Source of the DNA: Candidatus Nomurabacteria bacterium
GTDB taxonomy: Bacteria; Patescibacteriota; Saccharimonadia; Saccharimonadales; HK-STAS-PATE-42
DNA: 64,000 nucleotides
NCBI GenBank assembly: GCA_023898665.1
Contig: CP060233.1
Location: 356,368-420,367, forward strand
Reading direction: 5' to 3'
This document shows positions 38,997-46,534 of the stretch, in pieces (position 1 is the stretch's first letter; every line of letters begins with the position of its first letter). Position numbers and translations under genes: made by a program. The notes beneath the pieces were generated by a model. It did no database searches, was not told the DNA's origin, and saw nothing but the letters and a program-made list of their open reading frames with translations.

Positions 38997-40190
38997 ATGA
39001 ACAAGACTAAACAAAGAATCTTAATCGATGCACGCATAATTGGTACTGGTACTGGAGATTATGCTGAGGGTATTTTAAATGAGCTTCAAAAGTTAGATCA
39101 TCAGAATGAATATATTATTATCTTAGATCCTGCGACCAAGTTGCATGTTTCTGCTCCAAATTTTAGAGAATATCGTTCTAAGAACACTGCTAGAAACCAT
39201 ATGTTCTTTATAAGAGGTAATTTAAACCTAGCTTGGGAAATGTACAGGTTAAGAGCTGATGTTTTTTGGGGAAGTTTTCAACACATCCCTTTCTTTTACT
39301 TTAAGAGAAAGACTGTTGTAACTGTTCATGATCTGACTCAAGTCAGAATTGCTAACCCTAAGAGTAAGATTGAAAAGCGTGAAGAGTGGAAAAAGGATAA
39401 GAAAGCTGTAATTAAGGACAAAGTCCGTAAGCTCCCCTTCTCTCTTATTCCTCGTTCAATTCTAATGTTCTTTTTGAATCTCTTTAGTTTTAGATTTAGT
39501 GTTTGGCGTGCAAAGCATATCTTTACTCCCTCTAAGTATGTAAAGAATGATGTGATTGATTATTTCAAACTAAAGCCAGAGAAAGTTAGTGTAACTGTAA
39601 ATGGGGGTGTTATTTTAAATAGACTTACAAAAGATGAGTCTATTAAGAAGCTGCTTAAGAAAGACTTTTTGCTTTATGTTGGGACAGATCATGGCCATAA
39701 GAACTTAAATATCTTATTAGAAGTGATGGATAAGATACGAGATGTTAAACCTGATTTGAACCTAGTCTTTGCTGGTAGGAAAGATAGAAATTATGTGACT
39801 ATCCAAAATAGGGCTAGGGAGCTGAATCTTGAAGATAGAGTTCATGTCCTAGGGTTTGTCAGTGATGGAGAAAAAGGTTGGTTATTTAAGCATGCAAAGC
39901 TGTATGTTTTCCCTTCTCTTTCTGAAGGATTTGGAATTCCCCCGCTAGAGGCGATGGCGTACGATCTTCCAGTTATTGCAAGCGATAAGACTGCCATTCC
40001 GGAAGTTTGCGGGGATGCTGCAGTTTATTTTGATCCTACTGACAAGGACGATATTGCTAAAAAGATTCTAGATACCATCGATAATGAGAAGTTAAAAAAA
40101 GATTTAATAAAGAAAGGCCGTGAAAGGAATAAATTATTTAAGTGGGAAGATAGTGCGAAGGTAGTCTTGGCTGAATTAACAAAGCTTTGA
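38997..40190 (+). CDS. GT4 (GT-B) family glycosyltransferase
   Basis: C-terminal E-x7-E-type block FPSLSEGFGIPPLEAMA. The ATG at 38997 is preferred over the tracked 38952, because TGTATAAT (38980-38987) lies 9 nt upstream. Confidence 0.85.
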   Translation: MNKTKQRILIDARIIGTGTGDYAEGILNELQKLDHQNEYIIILDPATKLHVSAPNFREYRSKNTARNHMFFIRGNLNLAWEMYRLRADVFWGSFQHIPFFYFKRKTVVTVHDLTQVRIANPKSKIEKREEWKKDKKAVIKDKVRKLPFSLIPRSILMFFLNLFSFRFSVWRAKHIFTPSKYVKNDVIDYFKLKPEKVSVTVNGGVILNRLTKDESIKKLLKKDFLLYVGTDHGHKNLNILLEVMDKIRDVKPDLNLVFAGRKDRNYVTIQNRARELNLEDRVHVLGFVSDGEKGWLFKHAKLYVFPSLSEGFGIPPLEAMAYDLPVIASDKTAIPEVCGDAAVYFDPTDKDDIAKKILDTIDNEKLKKDLIKKGRERNKLFKWEDSAKVVLAELTKL

Positions 40191-40202
40191 ATAAGAAAGA
40201 TT

Positions 40203-40706
40203 ATGAAAGAGTTGGCTGTGGTGTTAAATAATGTGAGGAGCTGTGAGAATGTTGGCTCTATCTTAAGAACTGCAGATTTTTTTGGGTTCGAATATGTGTG
40301 GTTTGTGGGAGTTACTCCCTACCCTACCCTAGAAAATGACCAACGTTTACCTCACATAAGAGAAAAGTTAGATAAACAGATTAAAAAAGTCTCTTTAGGT
40401 GCCGAAAAAAATTTAACAATGATTCATGAATCATCTTTAGAAGTAGCTGTCAATAAACTAAAAGATATGGGTTGGAATATTATCGGCCTAGAGCAGAACT
40501 CAAAGTCTGTGGATATTAGTAGATATAAATTTAAGAGTAAGAAGAATGTTGTTGTATTAGGTACTGAGGTTACTGGTCTAGACTTTGACGACTTAAGTTT
40601 AGTGGATGAAATTGTTGAAATACCTAGATATGGTAAAAAAGAAAGTTTAAATGTGAGTGTGGCTTTTGGGATAGTTGCATCACAGGCATCAGGTTCTTTT
40701 AAATAG
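40203..40706 (+). CDS. SpoU/TrmH family RNA 2'-O-methyltransferase
   Basis: ENVGSILRTADFFG and a C-terminal knot motif (EIPRYGKKESLNVSVAFGI). Confidence 0.85.
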   Translation: MKELAVVLNNVRSCENVGSILRTADFFGFEYVWFVGVTPYPTLENDQRLPHIREKLDKQIKKVSLGAEKNLTMIHESSLEVAVNKLKDMGWNIIGLEQNSKSVDISRYKFKSKKNVVVLGTEVTGLDFDDLSLVDEIVEIPRYGKKESLNVSVAFGIVASQASGSFK

Positions 40707-40708
40707 TT

Positions 40709-40735
40709 TGAAACATCTAGACTATATGAACAGTA
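40709..40735 (+). promoter_or_regulatory. candidate ECF-type (autoregulatory) promoter upstream of the sigma gene
   Basis: TGAAAC (40709-40714), N16, then CAGTA (40731-40735). It shares the 10-mer GTTTGAAACA with the site at 42129-42138. The -10 is imperfect. Confidence 0.3.
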
Positions 40736-40807
40736 ATATTATTGTAGGGATATCTTATAATTAAATATAAATGTTCATTTTCCCTTTTTCTCTCTAAAGA
40801 AAAAAAT

Positions 40808-41422
40808 ATGACTAGGAAAACGAACGATACAAAAAGTGATGAAGCTGTGGCAGAGCTTTTTTTAAATGATTTAAATAATTTAGTATACTTTGAGGATTTA
40901 ATTTTAAGGTACGAGCCAAAATTGTTGAGATATGTAAGATCTTTAGGGGTTGAGCAGAACTTAGCTTACGACGTGGTTCAAGATTGTTTTATAAAAGCTT
41001 ACAGAAATATAAGAAGTTTCAATCCAAAAAAAGGCAAATGGAGCTCTTGGATTTATAGGATTGCTCATAATTGTGCGATGGATTCTTTTAAAAAGTCAAA
41101 AAAAGATCTAACAGTTGATGAGGATGAATGGTGGGATAGTATCTCAGTCCCTGAGACTATTACTGAGGAGTTGAACATTAAACTTAACAATGAGAACCTG
41201 ATGTATGGGTTGAGAAAGGTAGATCTTAAATATAGAGAGCCATTAACGTTGTATTATCTTGAAAATAAATCTTATAAAGAGATTGGAGATATTTTAAGAA
41301 TGCCGGTTCCTACGGTTAGTACGAGAATAAAGCGTGGGAAGGATAAGCTTAAAGAGGTAATTAATAATGATCTGATGGCAAAAGATAACCTTAAGGTTAA
41401 AAAGATGGAGGAGGTAATTTAG
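40808..41422 (+). CDS. ECF-type RNA polymerase sigma-70 family factor
   Basis: The region 2 block is DVVQDCFIKAYRNIRSF..WIYRIAHN. The region 4 HTH is SYKEIGDILRMPVPTVSTRIKRGKDKL. Confidence 0.9.
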   Translation: MTRKTNDTKSDEAVAELFLNDLNNLVYFEDLILRYEPKLLRYVRSLGVEQNLAYDVVQDCFIKAYRNIRSFNPKKGKWSSWIYRIAHNCAMDSFKKSKKDLTVDEDEWWDSISVPETITEELNIKLNNENLMYGLRKVDLKYREPLTLYYLENKSYKEIGDILRMPVPTVSTRIKRGKDKLKEVINNDLMAKDNLKVKKMEEVI

Positions 41423-41423
41423 T

Positions 41424-42128
41424 ATGCCAAAAGAAGTAAAAAAGAAGAATAATGAGCAAGAAATTAAAGAGCTCAAAGAGCGTTTAAGTGTTTTAGAAAA
41501 AATAGAGGCTGAAAAACTTAAACCTAAGAGCGAGATCAGAACAACTGGTAAGCAGTATTTTCCGCTAGTTCTTGGAGTCTTCTTTGCGCTATGTAGCGGA
41601 GTAGCTATTTACGGTGTTACTAGCTCTGTGAGATTCTACTCTGACTATGGTGATACATCTTCTCTATTAGTCTCGTTATTTATGTTATTCTCTTTGATTA
41701 TATTGGTTGGGGCAGCAACATGGGCGATTCATCGTAGTGAATGGGGCTATAGACTTAGATACACTGTAATATTTTCTATAGTTTTATTTAGTTCAATAGG
41801 AATTGGTGCAGTTTTAATGCAGGGTCCAGTTGAGAGATTCGTTGATAAATTAGGAATAAATAATAATTTAAGGGCAGAGGATAGACTTCTTAACGAGAGT
41901 ACAATTTACGGCAAAATTACTGATATAAAAAGAAATAATCTAAAAATATCTTTAATGGGAGGTGGCGAGATTAATGTTGGCATCGATGGGGACACCAAAG
42001 TCTTCCCTATGGGAGCTGAGATAAGAGAGAATCAAGTAGTTGGTGTTATTTTAAAATCTGATAGTAAGATAGCTAGATGGGTCAGGGTTCTTCCGGCTAA
42101 TCATCCGGCAGGTAGAAACATAAGATAA
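41424..42128 (+). CDS. membrane protein, putative cognate anti-sigma factor (by position only)
   Basis: The start is 1 nt after the sigma stop, implying translational coupling. It has a cytoplasmic coiled N-terminus, three TM helices and a beta-rich extracytoplasmic C-terminus. There is no ZAS (HxxxCxxC) motif. Confidence 0.4.
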   Translation: MPKEVKKKNNEQEIKELKERLSVLEKIEAEKLKPKSEIRTTGKQYFPLVLGVFFALCSGVAIYGVTSSVRFYSDYGDTSSLLVSLFMLFSLIILVGAATWAIHRSEWGYRLRYTVIFSIVLFSSIGIGAVLMQGPVERFVDKLGINNNLRAEDRLLNESTIYGKITDIKRNNLKISLMGGGEINVGIDGDTKVFPMGAEIRENQVVGVILKSDSKIARWVRVLPANHPAGRNIR

Positions 42129-42131
42129 GTT

Positions 42132-42158
42132 TGAAACAATTTTTAGATACTTCACGTA
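42132..42158 (+). promoter_or_regulatory. candidate ECF-dependent promoter (sigW-like TGAAAC-N17-CGTA)
   Basis: TGAAAC (42132-42137), 17 nt, then CGTA (42155-42158). It lies directly after the sigma/anti-sigma pair. No TATAAT-like box is found at sigma70 spacing. Confidence 0.45.
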
Positions 42159-42417
42159 GTAGTAAGTAGGAGGAATATCGAGAAAGCGAAGTCTAAAGAA
42201 AGTTTCTATAAAAACATCAAAAAGAACTATATTTTTATTAAATTTCTCTTTTTGTATTAACAATTTAACTTTCAACAATTTAGTCGTATTTTCTCATATT
42301 CTTTCTATTTAGTTTTCGAAATAATTTAGTTATTAATTTTAATAAGTCAAATAGGAGGATGAGCAAGCAAATTTAGCGGGCTTATATTAATAATGAAAAA
42401 ATAAGTAAAAAGCCAGT

Positions 42418-42927
42418 ATGGCGGTTATGGGCTTCGCAACTTTAGGGATTTTAGGTGTAGCTGGCTTGGCTGTAAGTGCTACTTCTCCATCTTCAGGTAG
42501 TGGAGATAATCTCGCAGCAAGACTCGCCACTAAGTTTGGTTTAAATAAAGAAGATGTATCTAAAGAAATAGATTCATTTAGATCAGAAGAGCGGGGTAAG
42601 CGAGAATCAGAAGTGCAGGCTAGAATAGAAGCTTCTTTACAGAAAAAGGTTGATGATGGCACTATAACGGCTGAGCAAAAAACTGCCATAGAAGTTAAGC
42701 TTAAGGAGGTCCATCAGGCTAGAGAGTCAGAACACCAAGCTAATATGAATTCTGGTAAAAAACTCTCTCGTGAAGAAATGAAGTTAAAAATGGATGCTAA
42801 TAAGAATGAGATGGATGCATGGCTTAAAGAACAAGGTATTAATATAGACCTTAAGGACGTACTCCCAGCTCATGATAAAGGCCATCACATTAGTAATGAA
42901 AATAAAGTAAAGGAGGATGATAACTAA
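42418..42927 (+). CDS. secreted charged helical protein
   Basis: Signal-like N-terminus MAVMGFATLGILGVAGLAVSA, followed by a Lys/Glu-rich helical sequence. The antisense ORF 42387..42689 is judged spurious. Confidence 0.6.
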   Translation: MAVMGFATLGILGVAGLAVSATSPSSGSGDNLAARLATKFGLNKEDVSKEIDSFRSEERGKRESEVQARIEASLQKKVDDGTITAEQKTAIEVKLKEVHQARESEHQANMNSGKKLSREEMKLKMDANKNEMDAWLKEQGINIDLKDVLPAHDKGHHISNENKVKEDDN

Positions 42928-42960
42928 AAATAAATTAAAAATAGCCCCTCTATATTTTTT

Positions 42961-42986
42961 GCCTAGAATTTTCTAGGGCCTTTTTA
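42961..42986 (+). terminator. intrinsic terminator after 42418..42927
   Basis: Stem GCCTAGA / TCTAG(G)GC (7 bp with one bulged G), followed by C and T5. Confidence 0.5.
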
Positions 42987-43026
42987 TGTTATATAAACAT
43001 TAGCTCTATCTGTTATAATTGTACGT

Positions 43027-43251
43027 ATGTTTTGGGTGGATCTCTTAGGATGGTGGTATGGTGCTGGACTTAAAGATTTGAGCATTAAGTTTAACGCTTT
43101 ATTTTCTTCTACATCAGATTTTTTTAGTATAAGTTTACTGGCTAAGAATCTATTTCAGCCTTACAGGCAAACTTTAACAGTAAGTAACTATAAAAGAACT
43201 TTCGGAGAAAAAATTACTGATGCTTTAGTTTCTAGGACTATAGGCTTTTAG
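43027..43251 (+). CDS. small hypothetical protein (possibly the 5' part of a split membrane-protein gene)
   Basis: Leaderless, with TGTTATAAT (43011-43019) 7 nt before the ATG. The ORF stops at TAG 43249-43251. A hydrophobic reading frame continues immediately in another frame. Confidence 0.55.
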   Translation: MFWVDLLGWWYGAGLKDLSIKFNALFSSTSDFFSISLLAKNLFQPYRQTLTVSNYKRTFGEKITDALVSRTIGF

Positions 43252-43394
43252 TGAGGTTTTTCTTGATCTTATTTGGTGGAGTAGTTTTAGCACTAGAAAT
43301 ATTTGCAATGGGTCTAACATATATCTTATGGCCATTTATACCGCTTTTACCAGTAATTTTAGTTGGCTTATCAATATTAAACTTTGGGTTTTAA
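43251..43394 (+). CDS. 47-aa hydrophobic ORF (GTG start overlapping the preceding stop; possibly the 3' part of the same gene)
   Basis: Sequence VRFFLILFGGVVLALEIFAMGLTYILWPFIPLLPVILVGLSILNFGF, which forms two TM-like helices. The frame is already open from 43236. Confidence 0.35.
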   Translation: MRFFLILFGGVVLALEIFAMGLTYILWPFIPLLPVILVGLSILNFGF

Positions 43395-43397
43395 GAT

Positions 43398-43716
43398 ATG
43401 GATTTTAACTTAAACTTAAATAATAAAAGAGCTAGAGAAGCTAGGAGGTCTAATCTCTTAAAAGAAGCTTGGATGAGAGCTCTATTTACTCTACTGGCTT
43501 TCTTTTTTGTTTTTGGCAGGTTACTTTTTAACTTCACTTTCTAGCAGTCTAGGTTTTTTATTTATAATCCCATCAATAATTTGGTTAATGATATGGCTTT
43601 ATTACACATTATGCCTAAAAGAGATAAAAGCTATTAAAGATCCTAAAGAAATCGCGGATTTATTAGAGCAAGATTTACTATCAAACTTACATGGTAATGA
43701 TCTCGGCTCTCTTTGA
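43398..43716 (+). pseudogene. two overlapping short membrane ORFs in successive +1 frames (43398..43544 and 43477/43507..43716) leading into the AAA+ ORF; either a frameshifted N-terminus of that gene or separate mini-proteins
   Basis: A hydrophobic helix is continuous across the first junction (ALFTLLAFFF | LFLAGYFLTSL) at a T-rich run (43500-43514). The second ORF overlaps the AAA+ ORF by 26 nt. Confidence 0.4.
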
Positions 43717-45838
43717 GTGCTTTAGAAAAAGTTTTGGCGGCAGATTCTTGTCTACAAGATTTTCTATAAGTCCAAAGACAATCGGAATAATGCTTGAGGC
43801 TAAAAATCCAGAGGATATTAGTATTTCTTCAGTTCTTGAAAAGGCATACAATATTTCTCAAACATCAAAATACAATTTATCAACAGGAGGATTAGTCAGA
43901 AGCATTTATATAGCTTTAGTTCTGCTTGATGAGGTGGATGTTAATACTCGAAGTCAGGTTTTGGGTAGTATTGGCTTAGACGATACAGATTTGCCTCATG
44001 CGATTGAATGGTTTGACCATTTTGAAAGTTTAATCCAAAAGAGTAAGAAAAAGAATAAAACTGGAGGGATAGGACGAGATTTAAGTTTTGGCTATACACC
44101 TCTGCTTTCTAGTTTTGCGAGCAATATAAGTGATAGCATTGGCCGAAGTGGAAATATTTATAGAGAACTTGAAGGTAATCGCCAAGCTCTTGAGCAAATG
44201 ATGCATGTTTTAAGTGCGGCTTCAAGATTAAATGCTGGGCTTGTCGGAAAAGTTGGAATAGGAAAGACTAATTTAGTATGGAATCTTGCTGAGAAATTAC
44301 TATATCCAGATTCATCTGTTCCACAGAACTTAAGATATAAACAAATCTTTAAGATTGAAGCTAGTACTCTAATAGCTAATACTAAGGGTTCTGGAAGTTT
44401 AGAGGACCTACTAATTAGAATATTTAATGAGGCTTTTAGAGCTAAAAATGTCATTTTATTTTTGGATGATGCAGAATTATTTTTAGAAAATGGTGCTGGA
44501 AAAATTGATTTAAGTGGAGTTTTGTCTCAAGTTCTAGAAGCTGGCGGAAATCAATTGATTTTAGCAATGAGCGATCAGGCATGGCTTAGATTGAGTAACT
44601 CTAATCCCTCGTTAGCTGGATTAATAAATAGAATTAATTTGTCCGAGGTTAGTTCAGAAGAAGCTATGCATGTCGCTCAAGATCAAGTTCTTATTTTAGA
44701 AGGAAAACTCAAGGTTAGATTCTTATATCAGACAATAAAACGGGCTGTAGATCTTGCAGAAAGGTTTATACAGGACGAAGCTAGTCCTGGTAAGGTCATT
44801 AAGCTTTTAGAGTATGGTACAAGTTATGCTGTAGATGGTTGGGTTATGCCGGAATCTATTGAGCAAGCTGTTGAAAAAAACTATGGAGTTAAGGTCCAGA
44901 CTGCTTCTAGTGTCGGTCAAGCTGAAACTGATAAGTTATTGAATCTTGAAGATTTAATTCATCAGAGAATGATCAATCAGTCTCGAGCCGTAAAAGTTGT
45001 CAGTGATGCGCTGAGACGTTCACGAGCAGGAGTGAGAAACACTAAAAAGCCGGTCGGGACTTTCTTGTTTATAGGTCCAACAGGCGTTGGTAAAACGGAG
45101 CTTGCCAAAAGTTTAGCTGCCACTTATTTTGGCGGGGAAGATGATTTGGTCAGGATTGATATGAACGAGTTTAGTCAGCCAAATGATGTATCTCGCTTAT
45201 TAGCTCCAGCTTCTGCGAATCCTAATAGTTTAACAGCCCAAATTTCTAAAAAACCATTTAGCGTTGTTTTACTGGATGAACTCGAAAAAGCTCACCCAAA
45301 TGTTTTGAACTTACTACTTCAAATGCTAGATGAGGGTATTCTACGTGATTCTGCAAATAAGCAAGTCAGCTTTAGGGAGGCTATTATTATCGCTACCAGT
45401 AACGCTGGAGCTGAGTATATTAACGACTTCATGCAAAAAAATGGTACTGATTTAGCCTCTATGAAGAGCCTAGAGGATAGTTTGTTAAAAGAGCTTATTA
45501 ATCAAGGTATATTTAAGCCAGAGTTTGTGAATAGGTTTGACGAAGTTGCTACATTTAGAAGTTTGAGCGAAGATGAGCTGGTAGAAGTTGTTAAACTTAT
45601 TATGATAAGTGTTAATAAGTCTTTAGCTAATCAAAAGCTGCAAGTCTCTCTTGAGGAAGGGGCTGCAGAACTTCTAGTCAAAGAAGGTAATGATCCCCTA
45701 CTTGGCGCAAGGCCAATGAGAAGAATTGTCCAAAGAACCGTTGAGAATATTGTCGCGGAAAGAATTTTGCGAGGTGAAGCGAGACCGGGAGTTGTCATAC
45801 AGTTAAGTGCCAATGATATTAAAGATCATTTAAGTTAA
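43691..45838 (+). CDS. ClpA/ClpB-family double-AAA+ ATPase lacking a canonical N-domain, long M-domain and ClpP loop
   Basis: D1 has Walker A GKVGIGKT and an atypical Walker B ILFLDDAE. D2 has GPTGVGKTELAKSLA, VVLLDELEKAHP and GARPMRRIV. No IGF/LGF tripeptide sits at the ClpP-docking position. Confidence 0.8.
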   Translation: MVMISALFECFRKSFGGRFLSTRFSISPKTIGIMLEAKNPEDISISSVLEKAYNISQTSKYNLSTGGLVRSIYIALVLLDEVDVNTRSQVLGSIGLDDTDLPHAIEWFDHFESLIQKSKKKNKTGGIGRDLSFGYTPLLSSFASNISDSIGRSGNIYRELEGNRQALEQMMHVLSAASRLNAGLVGKVGIGKTNLVWNLAEKLLYPDSSVPQNLRYKQIFKIEASTLIANTKGSGSLEDLLIRIFNEAFRAKNVILFLDDAELFLENGAGKIDLSGVLSQVLEAGGNQLILAMSDQAWLRLSNSNPSLAGLINRINLSEVSSEEAMHVAQDQVLILEGKLKVRFLYQTIKRAVDLAERFIQDEASPGKVIKLLEYGTSYAVDGWVMPESIEQAVEKNYGVKVQTASSVGQAETDKLLNLEDLIHQRMINQSRAVKVVSDALRRSRAGVRNTKKPVGTFLFIGPTGVGKTELAKSLAATYFGGEDDLVRIDMNEFSQPNDVSRLLAPASANPNSLTAQISKKPFSVVLLDELEKAHPNVLNLLLQMLDEGILRDSANKQVSFREAIIIATSNAGAEYINDFMQKNGTDLASMKSLEDSLLKELINQGIFKPEFVNRFDEVATFRSLSEDELVEVVKLIMISVNKSLANQKLQVSLEEGAAELLVKEGNDPLLGARPMRRIVQRTVENIVAERILRGEARPGVVIQLSANDIKDHLS

Positions 45839-45920
45839 ATAATTTCTTGAAATAAATATACAACCTCTGTTATACTTATATTCCTACTGTAAAATTTTAA
45901 GATTTTTTAATTTAAGAAAG

Positions 45921-46250
45921 ATGACTGGTATTAATACTGGAGAGGCAGGTTGTCCTCGACAAGAATTTGCTGACAAAGCCCTGGAACGAATAAGTCGTGT
46001 TGGTTCTGAATCTGACATAGCAGAAGTACGAGCATCATATTTATATTCTATGGAAGAATGTGGCAGGCTATGTATGGCAAGAGGTATATGTCTTGCGATA
46101 AATCAAGGCAGTGATGTTGAGGTTGAATTAATACGCGGACATGTAGATGTTTTTAAAACTGGTTCAACAATTCTGTCAGACCATATTGATTTGCATGATG
46201 GAGACACATACACTGCCCCACACCCAATAATAGCCGCAGTAAATGATTAA
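45921..46250 (+). CDS. small Cys4 protein, paralog 1
   Basis: 109 aa. C-x4-FADKALERI, then about 20 residues, then CGRLCMARGIC. It shares this pattern with the next ORF. Confidence 0.5.
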   Translation: MTGINTGEAGCPRQEFADKALERISRVGSESDIAEVRASYLYSMEECGRLCMARGICLAINQGSDVEVELIRGHVDVFKTGSTILSDHIDLHDGDTYTAPHPIIAAVND

Positions 46251-46258
46251 CAATAAAT

Positions 46259-46528
46259 ATGAATGATTTAATTAAAGAAGACCCTTATTTTGGGGAGTGT
46301 GGCGAAATAATAGACAGAGCGATTGAGGTCTTAGGTTCTAATGTTCCTAAATTACATCTTGAGCTAATTGGGGAATCTCTACACAACTTTTGTAAGCGAG
46401 ATTGTTCGTCGTGCCCCATTGATATGGCTAGAAGGAATATTAAAGTTACAATGGATAGGTCGGGATCTACGGCTTTAGCTGCAATTGATGCTCTTGATGC
46501 ATTAGCCTATAGATTCTCTAATTTATAA
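46259..46528 (+). CDS. small Cys4 protein, paralog 2
   Basis: 89 aa. C-x2-IIDRAIEVL, then about 20 residues, then CKRDCSSCPIDMAR. It starts 8 nt after paralog 1. Confidence 0.5.
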   Translation: MNDLIKEDPYFGECGEIIDRAIEVLGSNVPKLHLELIGESLHNFCKRDCSSCPIDMARRNIKVTMDRSGSTALAAIDALDALAYRFSNL

Positions 46529-46534
46529 ATAGAT

